From Squalus acanthias (taxonomy: Eukaryota): a stretch of 64,000 nucleotides of DNA. The position numbers and the translations under genes are program-made. A model generated the notes under the pieces. The model was not told where the DNA came from, did not search any database, and was given only the letters and a program-made list of their open reading frames with translations. The stretch is taken from positions 48,300,001-48,364,000 of the forward strand of contig CM059432.1 in the NCBI GenBank assembly GCA_030390025.1. The letters are read 5' to 3'. Below are positions 10,846 to 24,081 of the stretch, one piece after another. The stretch's first letter is position 1, and every line of letters starts with the position of its first letter.

Positions 10846-11679
10846 CTGTAGGATAAACAGAGCATGTTACTGGGGAAAACCACTGGTTAAAATCAAAACA
10901 AAACTTCAGTCCCCTGCTGTAAACAGTGACTTTTTTTTTTCCTCGTCATCAATTTTTTCCCCTTCTCTTGAAGAAATGTGGTTGCTCCTCACTCGGTTAC
11001 ATTTTCTCTGTTGCAGATTCCATACAACTCCATACAATGGATTGCCCAAGTGGCTATTATTCATTTGTGAGCCTATCGGCAGGTTGCGCAATTGTAGGAG
11101 CATCACAGCTGAGCCTGATTCTGTCCTCACCCAGTCCATACATGTGCTCTACCAACAGCAACTCTCCCATTTTTTCCTCCCTAACCTAGGGGCACTGAGG
11201 CCAACTGTAGCACTTTTACCACCCCACCCCTGGTGGAGATCAGCAGGTGCAGCACTGACTGGGGATAAAATCCAGGGACGGTTGGGGGGAGGATTTTCAA
11301 GGGAATTCTCCTAATTGTCCACTGAGAGCCACAAAAATCTGGGGTTTCCATAGCTTTTCCGCCAAAGTTACAGATGTCGAGCAGGAGAAATCTATGTGTT
11401 TTTCTCAGTCTGTATAACTAAGGTACTCACTGGATGAACTCGCTGAGCACCAGTTTAAGAACAAATTGTCATTTGACCCATCAAAGCTCATCCCACTAAT
11501 ATCCTGACTCTACAATTACAGCATCCAGTTTCATTTTGAACATACTCATTTATTTGCCTTTACCACCCTATCTGGTAGATTGTTACAAGCATTTATCACA
11601 CCGAGCACAGAAGTTCTTCCTATAGTATTTGGCTCAGTTGGTTGCACCTTCGCTTCCATCGAAAGGTTGTGGGTTCACA

Positions 11680-12245
11680 GAACTGAAAAGCAGAGAAGTT
11701 ATGTTTAATTTGTAATTTATAATATGAAGACCAGAACTGTTCACAGTACTCCAAGTGTGGTCTAATCAAGGCTCAATAAAAAAGATAGAGGCACTGGAGA
11801 AGGTGCAAAAAAGATTCACAAGGATGACAGCAGAACTGAGAGGATATACTTATCAGGAAAGACGGAACAGGCTGAGGGGTGACCTGATAGAGGTCTTTAA
11901 GATTATGAAAGGGTTTGATAGGGTAGATGTAGAGAAGATGTTTCCACTTGCGGGGGAGACCAGAACTAGGGGCCATAAATATAAGATAGTTACTAATAAA
12001 ACCAATAGGGAATTCGTTACCCAGAAAGGTTAGAATATGGAACTTGCTACCACAAGGAGTAGTTAAGGCGACTAGCATAGATGCATTTAAGGGGAAGCTA
12101 GATAAACACACGAGGGAGAAAGGAATAGAAGGATATGTTGATGAGGTTAGATGAAGTAGGATAGCAGGAATGTCATCTGGAGCATAAACACCACCATGGA
12201 CCTGTTGGGCCGAATGGCCTGTTTCCGTGCTGTAAATATTATGTA
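11680..12245 (+). mobile_element. CR1 LINE 3' fragment inserted in a tRNA-SINE head
   Basis: IEALEKVQKRFTRM...LRGDLIEVFKIMKGFDRVD and CR1 tail. SINE head ttggctcagttggttgca lies immediately upstream. Confidence 0.8.
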
Positions 12246-13291
12246 AGACCCAGCCCAGGACTTTAATCTAAGCGGACACTTCACTGTGGCCATTTTGAGG
12301 GCCAGTATACAGAGAATAGAGGTAATTCACGACCTGGCACTTCCAGCAGGGAGCAGCACGTGCAAGGAATGTGTCTTATGAAATCACACGCATGCGATAA
12401 AATTAATAGTTGGAAAATCAGGGGCTGCACGCTCACAATTTTCTGAGATGTGCTGCGAGCGCTGGTCCCTAATGAGGCAGCGGATCATGGAATCACCCCC
12501 AATAGCTGGGGAGGCTGCCTGCAAGATGGTGGACTGAAGCAGTATGCATGCCTTTAATAATCAGTACAGTTTATCGTAAGCTATCAAGTGAAGACAGCAA
12601 TTTGGTGCTGTTATGTTTCAAGCTGGCCTGAAGACCTACTTTCCAGTTCATAGAATCATAGAATAGTACAGCACAGAAGGAGGCCATTTGGCCTATCAAG
12701 TCTGCACCGGCTCTGTCGAAGAGCAATCTAGTTAGCCCCACTCCCCGATCTGTCCCCATATCCCTGCAATTTTTTCTCTTCAAGTAATTTTTTTCTCCTT
12801 CAAGTTCTGTACAATTTTGTGTATCTTTTGTAGAGGTTGAACAAATGAGAAAAAATGTTAGTTTCCTTATTGTAGCTTTGGCCTTTTAAAAAAATTCAAC
12901 CAACACATACAAAGTTCCTTATCTGCTTACGTCTCATCTTTTCCTCTGACCTTGCATAGATTGAAGCTGCTTTATAATTTAGTGCTCTAGTTCATTGGGA
13001 CTCAACATTGCTTCCTCTGGTCAAGGACATTGTCCAGAATGGCTCCTTACATACAACAGAATGAGAGTCATTTAACTCTGTCAAATGAATTAAACGTTAC
13101 AGTATTTATTTATTTTTTATTTTTTTTTTTGTGTTTTAGCCTGTGGATCAATAAAAAATTCTTATATTTATGTGGAGGCTAAATTTCTTTCAAAGAATGA
13201 GAAAGGTTATACTTGCGGGAGATACATTGGTCTTTTAAAAAATAAAAACAAATTTAAGATTCACAGCAGTGATTGGTAGGATAAAACTTAC

Positions 13292-13336
13292 CATCTGATG
13301 ACATGAATTCATCCATAATGTCTGCATCAATAGTTC
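13292..13336 (-). CDS. E2F5: E2F5 exon 8
   Basis: TTTCAG acceptor and GTAAG donor; 45 nt, GTIDADIMDEFMSSD. Confidence 0.92.
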
Positions 13337-13789
13337 CTGAAATAAAAACAAATATTTTACAGGTTTAGCTAGAAAAAAAGTCAAATGCATGTAACCAGAG
13401 ATCTCCAAAAGGTCACAGAATTATCGAGCACATTGTATTTATCAAAGGATTCACTCTCTCAAAAGCTGGCAATCAGGGTCAGGGGAAATTCTGCAAGGGC
13501 AGGAATTATATCAGGTTACAGTTCACCTGCTCCTCCTCAGTCAACGTATCACAGGTAACACTCACGTAATAGTACCTCGCTAGGATTTAAGGTCTGCAGG
13601 GAGTTGAGCACTTTTGTCCAAAGAAATAGATGGCAAAGACATATTGATTACTTCAAGTAGCTGTGTTGATATATCAGACTGTCACTTGCTCGACGCTTGT
13701 TGTTGTTACTGTACTAGCATCCAAATTCCTTCAGCTCATTTGCATCTTGCTAAAAGGTAGCATTAATAGGAGAATAATTTGACCAGCTG

Positions 13790-15978
13790 TTTCAGTACAG
13801 CTACAACACTGGCATCTATCTGACAATGTGGAAAACTGCCCAGGTATGTCCTGTCCACAAAAAGCAGGACAAATCCAATCCGGCCAATTACCGCCCCATC
13901 AGTCTACTCTCAGTCATCAGCAAAGTGATGGAAGGCGTCATCGACAGTGCTATCAAGCAGCACTGACTCACCAATAACCTGCTCACTGATGCCCAGTTTG
14001 GGTTCCGCCAAGACCACTCGGCTCCCGACCTCATTACAGCCTTGGTCCAAACATGGACAAAGGAGCTGAATTCCAGAGGTGAGGTGAGGTGAGAGTGACT
14101 GCCCTTGACATCATGGCAGCATTTGACAGAGTGTGGCATCAAGGAGCCCTCGTAAAACTGAAGTCAATGGGAATCGGGGGGAAATCTCTCCACTGGCTGG
14201 AGTCATACCTAGCACAAAGGAAGATGGCTGTGGTGGTTGGAGGTCAATCATCACAGCCCCGGACATCGCTGCAGGAGTTCAAGGCAGTATCCTAGGCCCA
14301 ACCATCTTCAGCTGCTTCATCAATGACCTTCCTTCCTACATAAGGTCAGAAATGGGGATGTTCGCTGATGACTGCACAGTGTTCAGTGCCATTCACAACT
14401 CATCAGATAATGAAGCAGTCCATGCCCGCATGCAACAAGACCTGGACGACATTCAGGCTTGGGCTGATAAGTGGCAGGTAATATTTGCGTCACAGAAGTG
14501 CCAGGCAATGACTATCTCCAACAAGCGAGAGTCTAACCACCGGCCCTTGACATTCAACGGCATTACCATCGCCGAATCCCCCACCATCAGCATCCTGGGG
14601 GGTCACCATTGACCAGAAACTTAACTGGACCAGCCACACAAATACTGTGGCAACAAGAGCAGGTCAGAGGCTAGGTATTCTGCAGCGGGTGTCTCACCTC
14701 CTGACTCCCCAAAGCCTTTCCACCATCTACAAGGCACAAGTAAGGAGTGTGATGGAATATTCTCCTGGATGAGTGCAGCTCCAACAACACTCAAGAAGCT
14801 CGACACCATCCAGGACAAAGAAGCCCGCTTGATTGACACCCCATCCACCACCTTAAACATTCACTCCCTCCACCACTGGCATACTGTGGCTGCAGTGTGT
14901 ACCATCTACAAGCTGCACTGCAGCAACTCGCCAAGGCTGCTTCGGCAGCACCTCCCAAACCCGCGACCTCTACCTCTTCTTCTTAGGCAGTCCCTCGGAA
15001 CTGAGGATATCTTGCTTCCACATTAAAAATGAGTTCTCAGGTGACTGATGAGTCCAATGCGGGACCTACAGTCTCTGTCACAGGTGGGGCAAACGGTGGT
15101 TGAAGGGGTAGGTGGGTGGGGTGCTTGGGTTGACGTGCGCTGCTTGTGCTTGGCTTCCGCTTGCTCCCGGCGAAGAGACTCGAGGTATTCGGCGCCTTCC
15201 CGGATGCTTCTCCTCCACTTTGTGCGGTCTTGGGCCAGGGATTCCCAGGTGTCGATGGGAATGTTGCACTTTTTCCAAGGAGGCTTTGAGGGTGTCCTTG
15301 AAGCATTTCCTCTGCCCACCTGGGGCTCTCTTGCCGTGTCAAAGCTCTGAGTAGAGGGCTTGTTTTGGGAGTTTCGTATCGGGCATGCGGACGATGTGAC
15401 CCGTCCATCGGAGCTGATCGAGCGTGGTCAAAGCTTCGATGCTGGGGATGTTGGCCTGAGCGAGAACACTGACGTTGGTGCGCCTATCCTGCCAATGGAT
15501 TTGCAGGATCTTGCGGAGGCAGCGTTGGTGGTACCTCTCCAGTGTTTTGAGGTGTCTGCTGTACATGGTCCATGTCTGAGGCATTCAGGAGGGCGGGTAT
15601 TACTACTGCTCTGTGGACCATGAGCTTGGTGCTGGGTTTGAGGTCTTGGTCTTCAAACACTCTCTTCCTCAGGCGACCGAAGGCTGCACTGGCACACTGA
15701 AGGCGGTGTTGGACTTAGTCATCAACGAAGGACAAGGGCAGCAGGCGCATGGGAACACCACCACCTCCAAGTTCCCCTCTAAGTCACACACCATCCTGAC
15801 TTGGAAGTATATCGCCGGGTCAAAATCCTGGAACTCCTTCTCTAACAGCGCTGTGGCAGTACCTTCACCACATGGACTGCAGCGGCTCACCACCACCTTC
15901 TCAAGGGCATTTAGGGATGGGCAATAAATGAGGGCCTTGCCAGCGACGCGCACATCCCATGAACGAATAAAAAAAAAG
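13790..15978 (+). mobile_element. CR1-type LINE RT/3' portion, interrupted by an RTE element
   Basis: ALDIMAAFDRVWHQG, QGSILGPTIFSCFINDL, MFADD. Resumes at about 15726 and ends in catcccatgaacgaataaaaaaa. Confidence 0.85.
14976..15725 (-). mobile_element. RTE/BovB-like LINE 3' fragment
   Basis: LERYHQRCLRKILQIHWQDRRTNVSVLAQANIPSIE...LRWTGHIVRMPDTKLPKQALYSEL, C-terminal CPTC...HLRTH zinc finger and (AAG)n tail. Confidence 0.85.
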
Positions 15979-17380
15979 CTGATGTTATTTGTTCAAAGGG
16001 CAGAAATAATTGGGTTACAGATATTTAGTACTATGAATTATATTATAATTTGGATCCCACACCCCAAACCATTGGATATAATTGAATGTAACCTTTCTTC
16101 TCATGGCAGTAAGGAGCAGGATAGGCGAAGAGCACTTCTCATGCTCAGGTGACCAAGTTTAAAAGAACTTTAGATGTGGAGCTAACTCCTGGAGCCAGCC
16201 AGATGAACCAAAGTGGCTTTTTACATTTCTATTCAATTGGTTGCAGGACATTACCTTAACCTCGGAGGGTGGGCTGGCACTTAGTAAATTGAGAATCGAA
16301 GCAGCAGAAAATGGAACAAAGCTATGAAAAAATTTCAACTGAGGAGTAATTATTTGTACTTCGCATGCAGTGGATTGCACAAGCTTTTATAGTTAAAAAA
16401 ATGAACACAAGTGTTACATTGTACTCAAATCCTGTATTCTGCCCAACTCATCTGCAAAATAGCATACATTAGCCATTTGTTTAGCTACTGGCTACATATT
16501 GGCAAAAGGCTCTTAAAGTGATAGCCCCAAAATTAAGATAACCCAGTATAGTTTGCAGGCAGTTTTGTGTAGCACAAGTATTTCCACCATTAAGTGCGAC
16601 AAGTGGCTCACTTCCCGACTCCTCAAACCCTCTCCAACATTTAATAGGCTCAAGTCACGAGTGTAATGGAATACTCACTTGGATTGGTGCAGCCACACCA
16701 ACGCTCAAGCAGTTCAATATCATCCAGGATAGAGCAGTCTGCTTGATCAATGCACAGGCCACCGGATTCAATATTCACCCCTCCACACTGTAGCTGCAGT
16801 ATGTACTGTGTACTACAGTAACTCACCAAGCTAACATTGACAGCAGCACCCAGCCCTGTGACCTCTAACCTGAGGAGGGCAAGAGCAGCAAGTTCATAGG
16901 AACACCATCACCAAATTATTAATGTTGGTCAATATTTTATGATGATTTTGTTTTTTCAACATACACCCATCTCTCTTGAAGGCAACAACTCATACTGGGC
17001 ATTCCACAGGTGCTGCCAATTCTCTGGTATCTTGCCTAAGCAGGTACTTTTCAGGTGCAATACCAAAGTAAACAAGTAGTTAGAAGTGATGAACACCAAC
17101 AAAAGATACTGCGCTAGCCCGTGCCTCCAGAGACAGCACCACCTCTAAAGATAACATACAATCCAGACTAGAGACAGTCATGGTTATTTTTTAGCGGCTG
17201 AAAACTGACGAGCTCGCTCCAATACTAACCCTGTATAGTCTTTAAAACAAAAATAAAAATCAAGCTGAGACAAACCTGATAGGCGAGAATAAAAATGGGG
17301 ACAGACAAAAGCCCAACCCAGTTATAAATGCTATTCGTGCTACACAAGCTCCACAATGATTGCCCTAGATTTTTTCTTAC

Positions 17381-17590
17381 CACTTGATTCTTCTGTCTTT
17401 GTTTGCTCATATGACGTTGGTGGATGTTTGAGAATGCTCCCAACATCTATTGGAAGCAGTGATTGTAATCCGTTCTGTTCCCGAATGTTCTGTAGTGATT
17501 CAGTTGTCATCCCTCTGTAAATTTCTGGTGTATCTGCCATGTTTGAGTAAGGTGCACCTGGTGCAATGCCAGGCAGCTGCAGGCCACAAT
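17381..17590 (-). CDS. E2F5: E2F5 exon 7 (extra, E2F4-like exon)
   Basis: ATCAG acceptor and GTAAG donor; 210 nt, phase 1-1, open frame DCGLQLPG...QSLLPIDVGSILKHPPTSYEQTKTEESS. Confidence 0.75.
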
Positions 17591-18037
17591 CTGATTTTAA
17601 AATAGTCATAACATTTAAATCAGCACATGGGAACAGACACTGCCTTATTTTTCCTTACAAAAAAAAAGGCAACTGAAGAAAACACGAGTACTATAGCTGC
17701 AAGACAAAGCATGACCCAAGATGACTGATGTTGCAAATGTTAAGTACAAAGACTTTTGGAAGAATATTATTTGTATGCAGTGAGAAATAGTTACAATTAT
17801 TGTTGCACATTAGCGTTATTTATATATTATAAGTTTACGACCTAAAAATAAAATGATGATCCATTTTGTACTAGAGTTATGCAGCAACTCAAATTTCAAC
17901 TTGACTGCACTTCCTCCTAATTCAGTTTTATATTGTCACATACAATGACATATACCCACAGAAAAACTGTACCCAAGACTGGGCATCTTTTGTACATAAC
18001 CTGCGTTAATGCAAGTCACTAATTTTCCACCACTCAC

Positions 18038-18302
18038 CAGGAGATTGTCTGGGTAATGGAACCTGAACAAGGTACGGCTCCTTTAAGGAGGCAACTCGGT
18101 CTGACGGAAGTGGAGTCGAAGGGAATTTTTGTGGGGATGATGGTATTGCAAGATCTTGTTGTGGTTGCATTAAGTCATCTGGTGGAGGAACTGGAAACAC
18201 TACAGGCTTCGAGGAGTTGGACTCTTTATTAATAAGTAGAACGTGAATAGGTCCCGATTGACTCTTCAAATTAATCTGGTATTTCTTTTGTCCATTTGGT
18301 CC
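18038..18302 (-). CDS. E2F5: E2F5 exon 6 (marked box and following region)
   Basis: [44 protein letters not shown]...RQSP and GTGAG donor. The sequence matches E2F5 rather than E2F4. Confidence 0.95.
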
Positions 18303-18496
18303 CTTTTATTGGGAAGAGAAAACAAATTAAAAAAAATTCCTATGGTTAATACACTTATCTAAATATATAATTCCATTTTATACACATTTTTAAACACAAG
18401 ATACGAGTTGATCTCTCGTGTATCTGCTCACAGATTGTTGATGCAATTGTTGCTGCTTGTATCTCACTAATTCTTTCACTCCATGGCTCTCCCATT

Positions 18497-18928
18497 TAAA
18501 AAAAAATTCTCAGGATGTGGGCTTCGCTGGAAAGGCTGGCAGTTATTGCACATCTAGTTGACCGAAGATGATAATGACAGGCCTTTTTCTTGAACCGCTG
18601 TAGTCTGCGTGGTGAAGTTGTAGCAGTTTGATACAATTGAGTGGCAAAAAGGGCAGTTAAGAGTCAACCACATTGGAGTCACATAGAGGATAGACTGGGT
18701 AAGTATGGTATTTCTTCCCTAAAGGACTTTAGTGAACCAGTTGGGTTTTTATGACAGACAGCTTCACGGTTACTTTTACGAATACCAGATTTTTAATTTC
18801 CAGATTTATTTTTTATTTTAAAATCTTTTTTAATTCAAATTATCAAACTGCCATGATGGAATTTGCATTCTCTGGATTATTATTCCAGGCCTCTAGATTA
18901 CTAATCCAGTAACAATAACCACACTACA
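18497..18928 (-). mobile_element. tRNA-head SINE-like element with CR1-type tail (same family as 2778-3165)
   Basis: Head, body (ttccctaaaggac...agtgaaccag...gggttttt) and tail match the LINE ends at 1390-1695 and 15870-15978. Confidence 0.65.
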
Positions 18929-20362
18929 ATTTTCATTATTATGTCTATGGCCTTTCTTCCTCTTTCTATTTCAAGGTTCTCCTTCCCTCTGTCTTTCACT
19001 CTTTACGTATGCCTCATGTTCTGTCAGATAATGAGTTATTCCATATTTAGTGCTTACTCTAGATAAAGATTATTTCATATTGGCCACCTAACAGTGAATG
19101 AGTTACTCCATATTTAGCGTCACATACGAATTCATTATTGGGAGCACGATCCAAAATGAAATGAGTTTAATTCATAAATATTCAGATTAATACACAAATA
19201 CAATTTGGATGTTGTATTAAAATTTTCCTATCCTTAAGCAAATGCCACAGATATGTATTGACACATACTTCAAGGGTGCTGCCATGTGTTAGTAGCAATA
19301 AAAAAGTGCAGGACAAAATTTCTCATCATCTCGATATTACCATATGGGTATATTTAGTCAAATAAACTAATCACTGGGCTATACTACAGAAATTCTTAGT
19401 TACTAATTAATCAAAAGTGCGCTGTAGTTTCCAAACTTACTTTTTAAGAAAATATTAAAAATTTACGTAAAAACTCCATTAACATTTTGGTAATAGCTTC
19501 CAAAATGGGGCAGGGAAGTCCGATCTCTGCATAGTTAGTAGCGCAGTGTCACAATTGTACACTTCACCCTCGATTTCACATCCTCAATAGTAGTGAGGTC
19601 CAGCTGGAGTGCCATGTATCAGTGAGAAAATAGTGTGTCTCTATCATGCAGATGATATTTCTAGGTCCCACTGAATAGCTTCTCTGCCGTTTATCACAGA
19701 TCAAGGCTGGGCCTGGGAGGGAACATGAGACTCTGAGCTTTTGCATATGGAAATAGGGGGCCTAACGCTTGTTTGAGGTTCCCACTTCAAGATTGGGTTG
19801 CTCTGAGGCAACCTCCGTCAGCTACACTCACTAAAACCACACCTTGCTTACCTGAACGTGGAGTTGGGAGGAACAAGAGTGCTCCTCCTGACCCCATATT
19901 TAAAGAAAGCTCACCGCTGCCCCCAAATCCACCCCTGGCCTCCTCTCCTGACCCCTCAATCCCTTGACCCAATCTCCGATCCCAGACATCTGCCCATATC
20001 CGATCTTCGATAACGACCCCGGCGCATCCCACGCCCCTCCCCACCCCCGCAAACCGATCCCAAAATCTGACTCAATCCCAGATCCCAGACCTGACCCACT
20101 TACCTGGGGCACGCTGCAACAATATTAGCAGCCAGATCTTGCACTCCTCTTCGCCAGCTGGCTGTTGCGCCTTACTAGCACCATTATAATGAGGCCCGAG
20201 GCCCAATACTGGAAGCACCTTCGGGGTTAACCATTTAGGCTTCGGGGTTAACCATTTAGGTGCAGGGTGTGAATCCTGCACGCTCCCAAGGACACTGTAT
20301 CTTTCCCCATCCTTTCCCCCCCCCTCTTCCACCTTATAAAGGGCCTTGCTTGTCTTTGTTCA

Positions 20363-20396
20363 GTTCTGAAGAAGGTTATATACCTGAAACATTAAC
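20363..20396 (+). ncRNA. Minimal type I hammerhead ribozyme-like motif in a Penelope terminal fragment
   Basis: GTT-CTGAAGA-AGGT(TATAT)ACCT-GAAA-CA-TT-AAC. Confidence 0.55.
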
Positions 20397-21136
20397 CTGT
20401 TTTTCTCTTTACAGTTGCTGTTGGACCTGTTGTATATTTCAAGCAGTGTCTGTTTCTATTTCTGATTTCAGTTAAAAAAAAAAGTGCATATGGGTTTTTA
20501 TTTCACATTTCAGAAATGTTTCAAACCAAATACAATCATTTAATATTCAAGTACATTAGTGCTGCTGTGCTGTGTTTAAGTATTCACAGATACCTACAGG
20601 CTTACCTCAAACAGTAGATACTGGACTTTACTATAGCTATTTATAAAATCTTAAACTACACTATTCCTGAAATCTAATCACCGGGAGGGTTTACAGAAAT
20701 ATGGCCATCAGTTTCTTTGAAGCCAGATCTCAAATTAGAAGAATGCAACGTATAAACCCAAAAATATATTCTTCTGTATTCTCAGCAAAAGTGATACGGC
20801 TATCTCTACAAGACTTCACTACAATTTAAAGTGCTTAAAGTGTTTTAATGTACATTTGAAAAGTGACTTTATCAGTGACTGGAATTAGATCATTTCAGTT
20901 GTTTGCATGCAAGCAGTACCTTAGTGCTGATGTCATAATGCACCCGTACAGTAATTTTTATAAGACTTAAGGATTTATTACCCATTTTATTCCTCGAGCT
21001 GTGCCATGTTTCACCTAATTATTCCTGAATTCAACCAATCTGCATTGCACTCTTTTATAACTAACCTGCTTCCACAAGCATAGAACACAGAACAACATTT
21101 ATAGTGTCTTATCATGTCAGACTGTGATGTGATATA

Positions 21137-21490
21137 CAGGAAACTCTTTATTAACCGGCACCCAAATATCCGGAAATCTCTCTTAACCGCCAAAATTCTT
21201 GAGTAGGTAACCGGGGTTTTCCTACATCTCTCATTTAAAATTAATTTTTTTAAAAAACCGAGGAGTTTGCCTTGTATCAGAGCGTGTAGATTGGGAGGGG
21301 AATGTGCAGCCCGGGTAGGCAGCGGACACGACAGATGGTCAGCTGGCGGTCCCCGGGGAGACGGAGCTCCGAATGCAGGCGCATGTCAATGCGTACGGGG
21401 CTCTCGTACGTTGGGAGATATAACTCTCCGTTATCCGGACTTTTTGATTAACCGGCACCACGCCGGTCCCGGTTAATAAAGAGTTTCCTG
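21137..21490. mobile_element. pogo/Tigger-like (Tc1-mariner superfamily) MITE
   Basis: TIRs caggaaactcttttattaaccgg and ccggttaataaagagtttcctg with TA TSDs; near-identical to 31258-31633. Confidence 0.85.
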
Positions 21491-21519
21491 TAATGAATTA
21501 TATGAGGTGCAGTGACTTG

Positions 21520-21840
21520 TGAGCAAATGCAACAACCATTCTGCAGTAGAAACGTCCCACAAACAGTAACACGACGAATGGCTAGTTACTCTTCTAGTTT
21601 AGTGAAGAGTGTTGACCAAGAAAATTCCTTCCTGAAATAGTCTCGTGGAATCCCAACATTCACCTAATCAGGCACACAGTCCTCAGCTCAACATCTCATC
21701 AGTGGGATGGCACCTCTAACAATGCAGCAATCCCTCAATAATGCACTGGAGTGTTAGTCTATGTTGAGTTTAAACCTTGATATGGGGCTTGAACTTACAA
21801 CCTTCTGAACCAGAGTGGAGTCATACAAACTGAACCAAGG
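21520..21840 (-). mobile_element. Degenerate Deu-domain tRNA-SINE
   Basis: Diverged match to 53268-53728 (cttgaac..acaaccttctga, tgcactggagtg). Confidence 0.55.
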
Positions 21841-22165
21841 ATAGTATTTTCTAAAAGTGCAGACAAGGTTACAATTAAACGGTTATACAAATTACAGGTA
21901 TTTAGGATTATTGTATGGGCCTGACTGTTTTGAAATGGGAAGATCAACTAGGTCTAAACATGTGAAGAACAGGAAAATTAACTTTACTGGTCATTTGTTA
22001 CAAATTGTGTTACAAAGTACTCCTCACAACATAAAACTTTGTTAAAACCTGGAATGCACATGTGCCTTCACTATACATCAAAATATCAACTTAACAATGG
22101 AACGGGAACATAAGAATAACCAGTATACTGATTAGAGGGGAGTACTTGACAACAGTGAAACATAC

Positions 22166-22230
22166 CAGTTCAGGAATTGGAACTTCCAGTTGTGTACCAG
22201 AAGGGGCCTGGATGGCAAGAAGTGTATCAC
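22166..22230 (-). CDS. E2F5: E2F5 exon 5
   Basis: AACAG acceptor and GTATG donor; 65 nt, [22 protein letters not shown]. Confidence 0.95.
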
Positions 22231-23494
22231 CTGTTATGGAACCACTAATGGATTAGAACTTTGTTTCTTATGAATTCTAAGTCTCAATCAAACTTTTATC
22301 ATAGTTATATAAATGGATTAAGAATATGCACATTTTAAAAACAGTTACTTCAAAATATTGATTCTCCACAAAGAATTGGGAGATGCTTTCACCCAGACAA
22401 CAAAAACATACGACTGGTCACAGGAATTTTTAAACACTGCATTTTACATCTTAACTCCTTGTATAAATTTAAAGGAGATGTAGATAATATAAGCAAATTT
22501 AAAATTAACAAATTCTGAATTTCCCAAAAGTACAGGTGTGCCTAGAAACCAATGAAGGATTCAATTTAATATCTCTTACAAGGCCATTTTTTCTTCTTCC
22601 CTTTTTCTCTTTAGACTCTTCTATGCCATACAACAGGAACCAACCTCTACCAATACTTTTAGGAAACAGAAAAGAGCAATGCAATTTTCCACTCCTCCAG
22701 GGTAAGGAACATGACTCAATTTCCTCAGGCTGCTCCATAAAAGAGTAGAAAAACTCAGGTTAAACCTGTCCTACTACTTCCTGGTAGAACACATTATTTT
22801 ACTAGCACAGGACTGTTCAAATTGCAGCTCGACAATACAGTTCTGAAAGCCCAGGTAACTCAGTTCTATTTGTTCTTATATTTTTTACTTGCTAATTTGT
22901 CCTGTTTGAATTTTGTGGGCTTGAAAAGTTTGGAAAGGGCTGGTCTTAGCAGTTGCCTCCTTGTGGCTAAATCCTAACTTAAAACACCAAGACGTGTCAG
23001 TATCAATGAGATTTATTCAAATTAATGGAAATATGGATTTAATTTTTATATTTGATTCCCAAGCCTCCATGGTACAAACCTTTGTGGCCCACAAAGATAA
23101 AAATCTTAGAGATCACTGTACTAGCAAACTATTAAGCTATTATTAAAGAGATAACAGCTACTGAAATAAGCAGCACAGCATGTTGGTGACTCAGTTTATT
23201 CACCATCACACTGGTTCAATTCCTATCTGGTGCCATTGAGCTGCTCATCTCAGATACACAGCTATAGGGAGACGCTCAGTGGATGGGCATGTATTGCCTC
23301 ACTAGGAGTGCCGAAGAAAAGAGTTGCCCCTGGACCACTATCACCATCTCAAAGTAGCTGTCTCAGAGTGGCATTGGCACAGGCCTGGGAGCAGGTTGGA
23401 CATATGTGGATGCACAGTTTAGAGAGAAATAAGAGATTTGGCATTCTCAGAATAAACAATTAACAGTGAATGGTAAAGATGGATATTAACAAAC

Positions 23495-23538
23495 CTTGAA
23501 AGCACTTGCAGACATCTTCATGAGTTGTATAGGCCAAT
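23495..23538 (-). CDS. E2F5: E2F5 exon 4
   Basis: AC acceptor of the U12 intron and GTTTG donor; 44 nt, RLAYTTHEDVCKCFQ. Confidence 0.93.
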
Positions 23539-23919
23539 GTAAAGCAGTTAAGGAGAATGAAAAAAGCTACTGCTTAAGTAAGCTATAAATTCATTAAGCA
23601 GCACTTTTGTAGCAGGCTATTAGTTTTCCAATTTGTTTCAGATCTCAGATGTTTTGTACAATTTACGGTTTAACAACATAGTTATAGGTATTAATCTGTA
23701 TCCAATCTGAACTCCATTGCTTATGTAAAGCATATGCTCCACATGAACAAGCTTCGCAGCTCAGTGTCACTTGGATAACAGCGAGGAATATTTAAAAGTA
23801 TGCGAGTATCCTGCATTAAAAGTTACAGTATTCCATGCAAAGACACTGAACTGTTCAGTCTAAACAGAATATTGAGCTTATACTAGAGGTACAGAGTGTT
23901 GTTTCACTAGAAAGGATAT
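23539..23919 (-). other. E2F5: U12-type (minor spliceosome) AT-AC intron, 381 nt
   Basis: 5' site ATATCCTTT at 23919-23911, branch site TCCTTAAC at 23554-23547 and terminal AC at 23540-23539. The reading frame joins correctly. Confidence 0.95.
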
Positions 23920-24081
23920 CTATTATTGTGTGTGTTGTCGGTTATGTTTTCAATACTCTGCTGCAGCCACATTTTCTGTTGATCAAGTTCTTTTTCCTTT
24001 GTTTCCAGTTCTTCAATCTCTGCTTTTAGGTATCTCAATCGATCTATGATTTCCTTAGTGTTGCATCCTGGACCAACACCC
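23920..24081 (-). CDS. E2F5: E2F5 exon 3 (coiled-coil dimerization region)
   Basis: 162 nt, [53 protein letters not shown]. Confidence 0.95.

Noticed and set aside
16425..16451. Possible 27-nt frame-preserving E2F5 micro-exon (DELGRIQDL)
   Set aside because: The acceptor (TTTTGCAG) is good but the donor (GTACAA) is poor and I see no recognisable homology. Needs RNA-seq.
20219..20260. 21-bp perfect tandem duplication (cttcggggttaaccatttagg x2)
   Set aside because: An ordinary local slippage duplication within probable repeat-derived intronic sequence.
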